Program-made: the position numbers and the translations under genes
The notes under the pieces: model-generated
What the model saw: the letters and a program-made list of their open reading frames with translations, nothing else
Told to the model about the DNA's origin: nothing
Database searches by the model: none
Origin: Lama glama
Taxonomy: Eukaryota
Assembly (NCBI GenBank): GCA_028534125.1
Contig: CM052844.1
Coordinates: 4,464,001 to 4,528,000 of the forward strand
Reading direction: 5' to 3'
DNA length: 64,000 nucleotides
In this document: piece by piece, positions 23,819-36,467 of the stretch
Layout of the letters: every line of letters starts with the position of its first letter
Numbering within the stretch: the first letter of the stretch is position 1

Positions 23819-23874
23819 GCCCCCTCTTCTTGACCACAATTTGGAGGAAAGCTTGAAGGAGCGGGCAGACTCAC

Positions 23875-23972
23875 CGGGCAACCTGGCAGAGAAGCTCTAA
23901 CTTGGCGAAGGCTGAGCTGCAACCTACAAGGACCTCAGAGGCCCCATAACCGCCGGAGAGGCCAGGGTTTGA
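23875..23972 (-). other. Candidate 98-nt exon (UTR or coding, phase 0-2)
   Basis: Long pyrimidine tract ttgtttccttgctttgttccttgagtttttttctctgccag| and donor CCG|gtgagt. Confidence 0.35.
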
Positions 23973-25293
23973 CTGGCAGAGAAAAAACTCAAGGAACAAA
24001 GCAAGGAAACAACCCATTGTTGGGGAGGGGCGGGGGAGGGGTCTTTAAATCCTGAGTTGGCAAGTGTCCTCACATGTCCCCCCTTCCCCAAAAGCCGGGG
24101 TGGAAGTCACCGATGTCCTTCCTACTTTAAGTAGCTCAGGACTAGGGGGAGGCTAGACGGCTTCGGTGGACCCAGCTCCCTTGGGTATTTGAGACGCCAG
24201 GACGCAGGGCAGGGTTTCTCAAAGGACATTCACTGTCAGTGCCTTCGCAACGCCCGGGATGCTTTTAAAAACACCAAGCCCTGGACTTCTTTCCAATCCA
24301 CTGAGCTAGAAAAGTCGAGGGAGCAGAATGTCGTCGGAACTAGAATCCGAATGTGTAACAAACATCCCAGTGGCACGTATCACCTTCCATTTGCTCAGCT
24401 GAAAGTGGCTCCTGGAGTGAGCTGCAGCCAGATACACCTGGGAGATGCTCTGCGCCTCCTGGGACCCATGTGGCTCAGGCAGCTGCTTAGCGCCTCCCAG
24501 TCTCAGGCCGATTGCCCTCTGTCCAGGCGCTGGCACGGAGCCGCAAGGAATGCTAAACTCCATTCGTCGCAGTGAGCAAAGCACAAGTGGCCTGCCCCCC
24601 CCCACACAATCTGTCTAGCGACACAGACTGCACCCATCTTTCCAATCTGCTTTAAAGTACTACTCTGATTCCTCTGATTTCTGGAACACTCAGCGGGGTT
24701 TTTTAAATATGTTTATGGAGATGATTTTAATAAGTCATACTCACGTAACGACCCACCACAAATTCTTTTCTCATGAGGGGAAATGAGATGAAAGCAACAA
24801 AAAAATCCTATTTTTTTGCCTAGTCTCAATCGAGGAAATATTTCATTGCTCCTTTCCAAACTGTCTCAGGCCAGACACCCTCAGTAGTACCCGTACCACC
24901 TTCACACATCACATCCACAGGCTGAGACTGGTAAGAAATCTTAATTTCAGTAATGAACCATTTACTCCTATTGGGAAAAAAAAACCTAATTTGCAGTTAA
25001 AGGATTCTTCTAAATATGTAGATTAACTAGCTTCTCCCTAAGCAGTGGAGGGAAATTATACACAAGGCATTGCAGAAATTTCTTAGAAATTGATGACTTA
25101 AATATGCATAAACTAGAACTAATCAGATGTATGAGAATGATGAGTTAATAATCGAGATGTAGGAAATGTGCGCTGATCTGAAGGTGTGAGGATGTGACGC
25201 CGGGAAGCAGAGGAAACAGGGAAACTCCGTGTCAGGGGCCTGGCTGCTCAGACCTGGCTCACAGGGAAACCTTGCACAGATTGCCTTCCTGAG

Positions 25294-25904
25294 CGTGATG
25301 TGTGATTAATCTTCTGTGCTGACCTGACTGGGCCACAGGGCGCCCAGATATTTGACTGAATATTGTTCTGGGTGTGGCTTTGCCGGTGTTTTTCTAGATG
25401 AGATTAGAATCTGAATCGGCGGGCTCAGTAAATCAGCCTGCCTCTCCCAGCGTGAGTGGGCCCGATCCGGTCCACTGAGGGCCTGGACAGAGCAAAACGG
25501 CCGAGGAAGGGAGAGTCACGCTCTCCAGCTGACTGATTTCTGAGCTGGGACATCGCTCACCTCCTGCCTTAGGACCCAGACTGGACCCAGAACATAGACC
25601 ATCAGCTCTTTGGTTCTACAGCCTTTGGACTTGGACTGGAAGTGCCCCACCTGTCTCCAGCTTGCCTTATTTATAAGTATAATAATATAACTATAAATAT
25701 AATATATAACGATTTATAATCAACAAATACATGTGCATATATGTGTATAATGAATGCATATTATAACGTGTAAGTTACAGTATATTACAATTAACAAATT
25801 ATTTGTTACAATAAGCATGAAATAAATTATCATAAGAAATATATATTTATATATATATATATCTGCTATTGGTTCTGTTTCCCCGTAGACCCCAGACTAA
25901 CACA
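25294..25904 (+). mobile_element. MLT2B-type ERVL solo LTR with an internal AT-rich expansion
   Basis: gactgggccacagggcgcccagatatttg...tattggttctgtttcccc...gactaacaca; perfect 5-bp TSD CTGAG (25289-25293, 25905-25909). Confidence 0.9.
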
Positions 25905-26689
25905 CTGAGCCTGTGTCCTAACTGTAATATGAGGAACCCACACCAGGCGTCCCTCAAGGCCCTTTCTTTTATACATTAACTGAGATTTGCACACTGACTG
26001 CTCCTGTGAGTCAAACTTCCTTGGGAAATCCACTGAACTAGAAATTCAATGTCTCAGCACAGCCACCTAGTAACTGTGTGACTCTGAGGAAGTTACCAGC
26101 TATCTCTGATTAGCTTAGTTTCTCAGTAAAACAAACCTATTATTAACAAATATCCCCACTTGCACTGTGAGAGCTGGCCAGGAACATCCCCTTTCGGTAG
26201 GTAAACGTGCGTGCCATGGTCACTTTTTCAAACTTTGCTTAAATTAGTTAAAGCCTACAGATTTTAAATAGAGACCTGGCAAACTGAACCTCTTTAAAAT
26301 GCAGTGGTTTGAAAACAAGGGCAAACGCTACATTTCAAAATAACGCTGTGATTGAGATTGGGCAACATATTTCAAGGGATGGGTGGATGACTCCTGCTTG
26401 GGTTCCTTAGAAAAAAAAAAGAAAGAAAGAACCAGGCAGGACTGCTCATCAAATTACAGAGTTGCACAGGACTTGCTGCCTGTCTGTGCTGTTGCAGTTG
26501 AACTGTTAAGGCCCACTGTGGAGGGAGATGCCTCTCTTTGGACCAAAGCAGGAAGGACCCAGCTCTGCAGAGACCTGGAACAGCCCCCGCTTCCCTTCCG
26601 TGCCACCATCTCCCTTCAGTGGCAAGGAGTTACAACTCTCTACTTCCCTGTTCGGCTGAGAATCCTCCTTTTCTTCCCTTCAGGGACTT

Positions 26690-26885
26690 TACTCACTCAA
26701 TCAGTTATGTACTGGGTGCCACGTACCAGGCACCGTTCTGGGTGCTTGGGATACGTCAGCAAATAAAACAAAGCAGGACGCCAGCCCCCTACACACTAGC
26801 CGGGGAGAGACAGACAACAAACATAATAAATAAGTAAATAATAACGTACTAGAAGGTGGCAAGTGCTACGGAGGAAGCAAAAAAT
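26690..26885 (-). mobile_element. LINE L2 3' fragment
   Basis: tcactcaatcagttatgtactgggtgccacgtaccaggcaccgttctgggtgcttgggatac. Confidence 0.75.
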
Positions 26886-28539
26886 AGAGCGAGCAGAATC
26901 ATCACTACCTAACTTAAATGTAAGTGCAAAGAGTAACTGGAAATCAATCTCTCTCTCACAAACGCACGCGCACAGACACACACACGCACACAGAGGCACA
27001 ACTCCAGTCCACTCCCACTACAAAACGTCTTTACCCACGTATCATTCGATGCCACATGTCCCCTTTGAGAAAGAAATTCTTCTCTCAGCTTTGTGTTTCC
27101 TGTATTCAACACGGCCCCAGACTCTCACCTCTGCCCCCTGCTGAGGTGACAGCTCTGCGTTCAGGGGCCGTGATCAGGAATACAAAACTCTTTCAGATTC
27201 AGCCACACTAGCATAACGGAGACGTTTTTATGGCCTCCCAAGGCCAAGTTAGGATCCCTTTTATAACCTGCTCTTCCACGGAACCTCCAATAGGACTTCT
27301 GCTCCATCTGGACATGGAATTGGGACTTGGGAATACTTACGAGGTTTGGGATTTTTTTTCATAACGTGCAGGGAAAATGATCGATCGCTTTTCCATCCCT
27401 AAACTAACGATGACTTTTGCCTGAAGCACCGCGCTTCTCCTCTGTGATTTAGCTCATTTCTTCAATAACGTCTCTTCTCCCTGCTAGGCTGGCTGCGGGC
27501 GCCACGGCGCCCTGGAACATTTGATTGCTTGGCTTACGTTTCAGACACGTTTCCACTGAACTTCCTGATTGCTCAGATCCTGGTTGTCTCAGCTCCTTTC
27601 CTTTCTGGTGTTTTAAACTTCAGAGACTTTGAACTCTCCTCTCCTTCTGAAGTGGCCATAACCGGTTCTATGTAACCGCATTAATGCTGACTTGGGTAAA
27701 GAATTAGCCCTGAGGCTAGCAAAAGTCCTGTCGTTCTGAAATCCCCACTAATAAGACTGCCCCGCAGTTAAATGGCTATAACAAACAGTAATAGTCCGTC
27801 CACATCCATTATACAGCAGGGTGCCCACTGCTTTATTGACTGGCAGAAAACAATTCCCATTTCATGAAACAATAAAAATTAAATTGAGTGTAAACTCTCC
27901 CAAGGTCACTGCCTCTAACCTTATAACATCAGCAATGAGGACTGTAAACCCCACCAAGGACCATTTGATCTAGAAGACGTGAGAAAGTCCACCCCTGTGC
28001 TGCGGGTGGGGCAGCCCATCGGCGCTGGGCTGGGTGCCACCTCCCACACAGCTGGCTGCCAGGACATGGCAGGAACGCTCTTCCCCCAAGTCTGGCAGAT
28101 GCCTTCCTGACAGTACTTGCTGCCTGGCCGGCCCACCCAGTAATGTGGCTTGTCTCTGTGTCGTCTTGAGAGTTATCTTTGACAACCTACACTCTTGTGG
28201 TAAAAGGAGTGATCACCTCTGGTACCGACTGACTCGTCAACGTGATGGCCAGCCTCCAGGACTGCCTCAGCCACCCATTCCCCTCCAGGGACCCCAGGAC
28301 CCGCCAGGGAGAACTCTGTGAGATTCTCACCACCAACAAATTCCTAGTCACCAGTTTCTTGATCATAAAGACTCGTATCTCTTTTGGCAGCATAGGGCAA
28401 ATATGGAGTGAATTCTAAGAAGAAAGGGAAACTGAAAGGTAATCTAGCCCAGCTCCCTGCTTCCCACCAGAAATGCCTCCAAAACTATCCCAGCTAAAAG
28501 TATCAGAATTATAAAAAAACATGGGCAAATACTCTGATA

Positions 28540-30045
28540 AAATAAAATATGTAAATCCAGTGAAATCCCTATCAAACCAAAGCAGGTGTTGTTGTAGAAA
28601 TTCACAAGCTGACCCTAAAAGTATGTTTTTCTAACGCAAAGGACCTAAAACAGCCAGAACAATTCGGAACAAGAAGGACGCGGTCGGAGGATTCACCCCA
28701 CCCAATTCCAGGACGACTGTAAAGTCATCATAAACAGGACAGGGTGCTAAGGACAGGCACACAGATCAATGGAACAGAACTGAAAGTCCCAAAATAAACC
28801 TTTACATTCATGGTCAATTGATTTTTGACAAAGATGCGGAAGCATTTCAACAATTGGTGCTGGGACAACTGATTAGACACAGGCAAAAAAAACCCTGAAA
28901 CTCTGATCATATACCACCCATAAACATTAATTCAAAGTGGATTACACATCTAACTGTAATAGATAAAACTATAAAACTGCTACAAGAAAACATAAGAGAA
29001 ATTGTAGTGATCTGGATTGGACAAAAAGTTCTCAAATACAACAACAAAAGCATAATCCATAAAAGAAAAAAATTAATAAATTATACTCCATTGACTTTAA
29101 AAAAAATTTTTTTGTACTTCAATAGATAATGCTAAAAAAAAAAATGAAAAGCCAAGCCACAAACTGGGAAAAAACTCCTGCAAACCATATACCTGATATA
29201 GGAAATGCATTCAGAATAAAGAACTCATAGCTCAATATTAAAAAGACAACTCACTTTTTTCAAATAGGCAAAGATTCGAACAGACATCTGACTATGGAAG
29301 ATACAGGAATGGCTAATGAGCATGTGAAAAGCTGCTTCACGTATTAGTCATTAAGGAAATTCAAATTAAAACCCCAGTGAGAAACACAACACACTAGAAT
29401 GGCTACTGTCAAAAGTAGCCGATAACAAGTGTTGCCAAGGATATGCACAAACCTGAACCCTCAAACGTTGCCACTGGGGATATGAAATGGTGGAGCCACT
29501 TGGGAAAACAGTCTGGTAATTTCTTAAAAAGTTAAACACAAGTTGACTGTACAATCCAGCAATTCAACTTCTAGGAGTTTACCCAATAGAAATGTTCATA
29601 GCAACAATATTCATAATAATCAAAAGCAGATGAATGGATGAATAAAATGTGGCATATCCACCACAGAATAGTATTCTGCGGTTAAAATGAATCACCTGTT
29701 GACACATGCTACAGCATGAATAATCCTCAAAAATGTACACTAAGTGAATGAAGCCGGACATGAAAGGCTATACACTGCATAATTCTATTTATCTGAAAAG
29801 TCCTGAAAAGGCTAATTTATAAAGATTAAAAGCACATCAGTGGTTGCCTAGGGCTGAGTGGGGACAAGGAAGAGCATTAGCAAATGAGCAGGAGGTCACA
29901 CTTGGAGGCATGGAAACGTTCCCAAGCTGGATTGTGGTGATGGTGGCACAAGTTTATATGTTTACTAAAAATAATTTAATTGTACGTTTACAATGGGTGG
30001 ATATTATATAAGTTGTATCTCAATGAAGGAGTATAATTGAAAACA
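28540..30045 (+). mobile_element. L1MB-type ORF2 3' end and 3' UTR (decayed)
   Basis: aaatccctatcaaa...tggtcaattgatttttgacaaag...ccactttggaaaacag-like...tatctcaatgaag. Confidence 0.9.
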
Positions 30046-30599
30046 AAATCTTTCACTTCTGTATGTGGTATGTCTCAAATATGATATTACATATGCATAT
30101 TTGTTTCAAAAATAATAAAAGACAATACTTCCAAAATGTTAACAGTGGAAAAATTTTATGTGGAATTATGGGTAAGTTTTTTCTTTGTTATACTTAACTG
30201 TATTTTTCAAGTCCTTTATGAAAAGAATATATTCGTTCTATAATAAGAAAAATTAAAAAGTTCTTTTTAAGAAAGATATGAACCCCACTAATAGTAGTAT
30301 CAGGAAATGAATGTAACAACTTCCTCTAAAATATGTTCTAGCATCTTATAACACTCGACTTCTCAGTTCCTAAAACTATTTTAAGAATCAATTTACTAAT
30401 AGTGCCTCTTACCTCGCTACAGAATAAAACCTATGCATATGAAGTCTGCCATCCACCCACCCCAATCAGCCCTCTTCGGTCTCAAGATTCCACTCTTGCC
30501 ACTGAATCCAGCCCCCCTCCCCTGCTCCAGGTTCATCCCACTGGTCACTTCCGCACAGATCCTTCTGCATCTTACGATAGAAGCAAAGAGAAAATTTGC

Positions 30600-30950
30600 T
30601 GATCGCCCCCGGCCGCCCTTTCAGAGCGAGCTGGGGCAGAATGCAGAGGTTGGGGCGGTTGGCAGCCGGGAGTTAACAGCAGTTCACCCTGCTACTGAGG
30701 GAGGGGATCCGGAGACATCTGCCCGGCTGGAAAGCGAGCCTTAGCTGTGCTCGCCTCTGTCCACCTCGGCATGCGCAGCACTGCCCTCCTCCGGGCCGCG
30801 GGCCCCGCCCCCCGCCCTCAGGCCCCGCCTCCCGGCCGCCGACCCCGCCTTCCGCTAGCGGGCCCCGCCTCCCGCCCTCCAGCAGCACCGCCCTGAGCCT
30901 GAGCAACCGGATTCAGGGGCACAACTTCCTCGGCATGGAGGAGGAGGCCA
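30600..30950 (-). promoter_or_regulatory. Small CpG-rich promoter-like element with GC boxes and an NRF1-like site
   Basis: GCATGCGCA at 30769-30777 next to 4-5 CCCGCC boxes (30803-30880); strand is inferred. Confidence 0.6.
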
Positions 30951-30987
30951 CACTGAGTGCAAAGAGTCTGCTACTCGCTGATGTGAG

Positions 30988-31400
30988 TGTAGGAGTTAGG
31001 ACATGGCACCCCAAAATACGCCACTCCGGTATACTGATTATTTTGAACTGAAGGCGCTTGAAAAAACAGCAGTGCAGGATGAGTCTTTCTCTGGACGCCC
31101 CTTCTCTGCCTCAAGACAAAGATTCCTCCCATCTCCCGCAAAGAACTCCCTGGTCAGAAACCCCCTCCCGGGGGGAGGCGGGGAACGGGCCCACCCATCT
31201 TCCCTAAAAAGCATTTACTCTCCCCTGAGTTACTACCTAGTCAGTACTTTTTGATTATTCCCTTTTTGTCTTGTGATTTCCCCATGCATTTAATATTAGA
31301 AGTTAATCAATCTGGATACCTTTTCTCATGTTAAGCTGCCGGTTTCAGTTTATTCTGTATCAAACCTAGAGGGTAGGGGGAAAGTGCTTCCTCCCCCACA
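30988..31400 (+). mobile_element. MER34-like ERV1 solo LTR
   Basis: TG...CA termini; caccccaaaatacgccact...gattattttgaactgaaggc; perfect 4-bp TSD TGAG (30984-30987, 31401-31404). Confidence 0.85.
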
Positions 31401-32012
31401 TGAGGCACATCAGAAAATAACGTAGAGCCCGCCCTCCTGCTGGATGCTTCCCCGGCTCCCATCTTAGCAGCCCCAGCCCTGCCACGGGGACCGGGCACCG
31501 AGGGCACCGATGTGCTAACAACTCTGAACTCCAACAGCGAGAACAAATTATCACCAGAGCGCAATGTCAAAGACCCAGACTGTGTGTCAAGCCAAGTAAC
31601 AATTTTACGGCCTCAGGAGGACACTGTTCCTTTGGCTGATCTTACTTGAGTTTATGGCGTGACTGGAAGGTGAACTTGGCCCTGCCTGGCACAGGCTTGG
31701 CCAGATCCAGGCAAGGCCGACTCCCGGAAACCCTCAGCCCAGGCAGCCTTTGTATTCCTTCTGTCTTGGCACGCTGCGAGCCAAAGAATTAACAGGAGTC
31801 CCTGAATCGATGCTAACATAAACAGACAGGGCTGTTTCCAAAGGGGAACAGTCACCCCCACAAAAACTGAACGCACATAAATTGCTCATTCCTAGGAACC
31901 AGAAGCACCAGAAACAAAGTGCAATTTTTACAGCAGTCTTGTGGTTGAAATAAAATTTTACCAGCCCGTAACTTTTTTTTTTTTCACCATTTTACTTTCT
32001 TCACAGACTCAC

Positions 32013-32071
32013 AGTAAAAACATTCCAGGCAGGATCAGCATCACTACTCATCCACTGTGATTTATCACTGC
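32013..32071 (-). other. Candidate 59-nt exon containing MSSDADPAWNVFT to a phase-0 donor
   Basis: Acceptor cttatccctctctctgtgctccag|G and donor ACT|gtgagt. Confidence 0.25.
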
Positions 32072-32299
32072 CTGGAGCACAGAGAGAGGGATAAGACAAC
32101 ACCACACCTGGTTTATTGTTTATCGTTTCATAAGGTCCACGGTCCAAGGACAAGCAGCAACAGATGACCCCAGAAGCGATGGGCATTGCAATACTATGAA
32201 TATTTTGTAATAAATAAATAAACTGAGTTTATGATTAAAAATGGAAGAGCATCACCATAGCGTTATGGAGAGGATGCTGAACGAAGATCTATGAAAACC

Positions 32300-32500
32300 T
32301 TGACGTCAGACGCTGAATTTTCACTTACTGCCCACGTGCCCAGGTGATTAAAGCTTCTGAATCCACATTTCCTCACCTGGATAGTGGTATAAACTCTCGT
32401 CCTCCAAAACACACGGTGCTGTCATAAGGATTAAGTGATGCAATATACTACAAACACGGGGTTACTAAGAAGTGCCACATAGATGTATAACATTTTATTT
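32300..32500 (+). mobile_element. MIR SINE (decayed)
   Basis: ttctgaatccacatttcctcacctg...aaggattaagtgatgcaatata. Confidence 0.6.
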
Positions 32501-33406
32501 TGAATGCATTTTTCATCAAGTTTTCCAAAAGAACAAAAAGAAGAAAAGTCTTGCAACTCTTATTTGCTGCATTTCTTCCAATGCTTTGCCAAGTGTGAAT
32601 AGACCTGGTGAGTTATTAATGTGGATGAAGACTTAATGTGGGATTTCCACATTAAAACAATAAACTTTTGTAAATGATGGCTTTTTTCAAAAAAAGAATT
32701 TGGCAGTGTTTGTTTGCTGGTAACAGACATTCTGAGCTATGTCTATTCATTAAAATAACATTTTCCAAGACAACAACCTGGGAATTCTTTATTCATTTGT
32801 AAATTCTTAGTAACATTTGGCAGCTATCTGAAAATTCATTAGGATAAAGTTCAAGTGTTAATATATTCAGGATCTCCTATCTGTTAACACACTGAAAGCA
32901 AGTTGCCCTAATCCTTCAACTTATTAAAAGGATATCTCACCCTACTGTAGAAAGGAGCCGTCATTTTAAATTAAGAGTGGGCTGAAAAAAATTAATTAAT
33001 CTGCCTCATTCCATCACATTTTTAACTTTTCTGAGAACAAACGAAAATAATTACCTCTAGCTTTTTCTTTCCTGAGAAATTCTGACACTTTACACATGAC
33101 TTGTCCCTTAAGTCAATAGTGCAAGACCCAGGTATAGTCAAAATTACAAATTTCAGCATTTCCTTTCTGTATTCTCAATTTTCTAGATTGTTCTCCCCCT
33201 TTTCCATATCCAGCCACTGCCCACGGCTGGCATTCTAGTATCTCCTGGTGGTCTTGGCCTCACACACGCATTCACACAGACCCTCTTGAGATGCTGGTGG
33301 GCATCCCAGTCGCTGTGTTCTAAAAGAAAAGGTAAGGTCAGGGTCCTAATTAGCATAAGGGATGATGACAAGGAGCCTTTCCCTAGGGAGGAGGAGACAC
33401 CATCAG

Positions 33407-33784
33407 TGTATTCGTCAGGGCTATCCGGAGAAACAGAAACAACGCGTCTTGGCAGTGTGTATAAGGGGAGAAATCATACAGGAATTGGCTCCTGCAGTTT
33501 GGAGGCCAAGAAGCCCCACAACCTGCTGTCTGTAAGCTGGAGGCCCAGGAGAGCCGATGGTGTAACAGTCTGAGTCCAAAGGCCAGAGGACCAGGAGTGT
33601 GGATTCGCCCCCACTCCACCGGGGTGTTCTGTTCTGTTCAAGCCCTTAACTGGGCGGTGCCCCTCTGCACTGCTCAGTCTACAGATCCATCCCTTCCAGA
33701 CACCCTCAAAGACACCCTCAGAAGTAACACTATCTATCTAGGCAGCTTTTAACCCATCATGGACACAAAAAATTAACCCTTACG
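33407..33784 (-). mobile_element. MLT2B-type ERVL solo LTR
   Basis: tgtattcgtcagggctatccggagaaacagaa...gacacaaaaattaaccctta; TSD atcag/gtcag. Confidence 0.85.
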
Positions 33785-34740
33785 GTCAGGTGCAAAAGGA
33801 GTGCCAATGCTCAGATGACAATGACATTATGCAGCTACACTTCTGAGTCACTCTAAATGGCCACAAACTGATCTGGCGATGGTGAATCAAACCCTCTAGG
33901 TCTTAGCTTACCTGACCTTACTCATCTACAAAAATATCTACTACTGGGGCAAGAAGTCAACTACTAGATCCAATTATGTGATTTATGATTTTACAAAAAA
34001 CTAAAAGCAAGATTGAAGCAAATTTCAATGTTTGTCATCTCTCCACACTTGATCTATTAAATGTATGTCAAATACTTTCCCCATGTTTTGTTTCATTTTT
34101 AATTCATTTGGCATACCACTCATATTTTTATTTTATCCCTAATTCAAATTACCCTTGAATTTATGAAAAACAAATGAACTCAGGGAAAATAATTGGCTAA
34201 ATTCTTAATATTCTTCCAGATTTTCTTCCACAAGGAATAGCTCTGTCCTTGACACTTAATCCTAAAGAATTTTGAACTTTTTGAAACAAGATGGATTCAT
34301 TTCCCACCTGTATGTCACAAATAGTACGTTATGATGAAGGTTCAAGGAAACAACTGGGTGGGGAAGGGGACGATGTAATTTTCCATTCCAAAATGAAACA
34401 GCCCTAACTCTGTAAGAAAACGTCTAAGGAATTAGAATAGGAAGCTGGGAAAGTTGGTTTGTTTTGTTTGTTTGTTTATTATAAATGTTTGATCTCTTCA
34501 CGAAAGGCTAAATTCTTTACCTTTCGGCCTTGTTGCCTGTCCTAAAACTTTCTCCAAAAATAACAGACGAGTCTCTTTCTCTCCAAGGAATAACATAATC
34601 CAAGGACTTCAAATTTGTGTTTTTACATAGATAAGTAGAAAAATTTAGGAGGCTATGGTTGTATCTCCATAGTCCTCATTGCCTTACACACTCCAGAGTA
34701 ACTCAGGAAGGCAACGTGCCCTGGCACGCCCCTTCCCACA

Positions 34741-34804
34741 CACCCCCACCCGCCAAGCACACCTCCAACCCGCCAAGCACACCTCCCACCTCGCAAGCAC
34801 ACCT
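34741..34804. repeat. 20-bp tandem repeat, ~3 copies (acctccaacccgccaagcac)
   Basis: Units at 34741, 34761 and 34781. Confidence 0.85.
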
Positions 34805-34809
34805 GCAGA

Positions 34810-35170
34810 TGCTCACGCGCGCACGCGCACACCTACCTAAGCCAAGAAGGGGTTTTCCGAGAAGAGAGGTCAATCCGAGTTCCGCTGACCACTTCCTGGC
34901 CCTGGGCCTTCGCCAAAAAAGTCACACGACTTTCAAATGTCTTAAATACTTTGAAGACACAGCTGCGCGGTCCCGCGCAGGAGGCGTCCTGTCCTCCCTG
35001 GGCCCAGGAGGTGCTGCCGGCCTGGCCGCGCCACGAACCCGCCGGGATGCTCAGGGAGGCGCACGGGCAGCGGCTGGTGACAGTGAGCACGACCCGGAGC
35101 GCCGGGGCCTCGTCGCACGGCGCGACAAGAGCGGCAAGAACGTGGAACTCAAGTCTGTGGATTCGAGGGC
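34810..35170 (-). promoter_or_regulatory. CpG-island edge running into a gap; candidate first exon with donor TAG|gtaggt at 34837/34836
   Basis: Dense CpG at 34960-35170, ETS-like CAGGAAGTG on the minus strand (~34890) and a strong donor. Confidence 0.45.
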
Positions 35171-35670
35171 NNNNNNNNNNNNNNNNNNNNNNNNNNNNNN
35201 NNNNNNNNNNNNNNNNNNNNNNNNNNNNNNNNNNNNNNNNNNNNNNNNNNNNNNNNNNNNNNNNNNNNNNNNNNNNNNNNNNNNNNNNNNNNNNNNNNNN
35301 NNNNNNNNNNNNNNNNNNNNNNNNNNNNNNNNNNNNNNNNNNNNNNNNNNNNNNNNNNNNNNNNNNNNNNNNNNNNNNNNNNNNNNNNNNNNNNNNNNNN
35401 NNNNNNNNNNNNNNNNNNNNNNNNNNNNNNNNNNNNNNNNNNNNNNNNNNNNNNNNNNNNNNNNNNNNNNNNNNNNNNNNNNNNNNNNNNNNNNNNNNNN
35501 NNNNNNNNNNNNNNNNNNNNNNNNNNNNNNNNNNNNNNNNNNNNNNNNNNNNNNNNNNNNNNNNNNNNNNNNNNNNNNNNNNNNNNNNNNNNNNNNNNNN
35601 NNNNNNNNNNNNNNNNNNNNNNNNNNNNNNNNNNNNNNNNNNNNNNNNNNNNNNNNNNNNNNNNNNNNNN
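35171..35670. other. Assembly gap (500 N)
   Basis: Run of N. Confidence 1.
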
Positions 35671-35695
35671 CATGACGATTAGTAAACATTCTTCG

Positions 35696-36058
35696 GATGA
35701 TGTTTTGCCGTGTGAACCTGGTGCGGTTCCAGCCCCCCGTTATTCAAACACTCCTCCAGGCATTGCTGTGAAGGTACTTTGTAGACGTGAATCAGGTCCA
35801 TAATGGGGTGACTTCAGATAAAGGAGATTACCCCAGTAAATCTGGGTGAGCCTGATGCCGTCAACTGAAAGACCTTAAAGGCAGAACTGAGGCTTCCCTG
35901 AAGAAGAAATTCTGCCGGGGGACAACAGCTCCAGCCCATTCTAGAATTCCCAGCTGGCCCTCTGGGCTGCAGGCTTGCCTAGTCAGCGCCACAATCACAT
36001 AACCCAGTGCCTTGCAATAAATCTCTTAATATTTATCTCTGGCACCCTGACTGAGACG
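35696..36058 (+). mobile_element. MLT2-family (D/E-like) ERVL LTR
   Basis: ttgctgtgaaggtactttgtagacgtg...gcagaactgaggcttccctgaagaagaaattctgcc...gcaataaatctctt. Confidence 0.8.
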
Positions 36059-36467
36059 GTCCTGAAGATGTTCGCTGTCATTAATGTATAAAATGAACTA
36101 GCAGTCACATGTTGTGTGTGTACAAAAGCTCATACCACAAAGTCTACGCTTAAGTGGGTTACAATCCCCCCTGCTCTGTTTACTGATGAACTCATACTCC
36201 TTCAGAGGATGGATTCAGAAAACACCTCGCTAAGCCCAAGTACACTTTAAGTTGAAATTCCATATGAATTATTCTGAACAAATTCTGCAGGGAAGAGTCA
36301 GCAAAGTTCCAGAGTGTTAAAAGAGAGAGACACGTCTTCCGTCTGATTTTTATCACATATTAACACATACATGCATTCATCAGAAAATACCTCCCTCATC
36401 TCCACAGACTTTTTAAAATTTATTCAAATAGCATGAATTGCATGCCAATGACGTCCTGAACACCTTT

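Noticed and set aside
34659-35689. Long ORFs containing X runs (also at 7196-7693 and 16751-17482)
   Set aside because: Artefacts of translating through N gaps.
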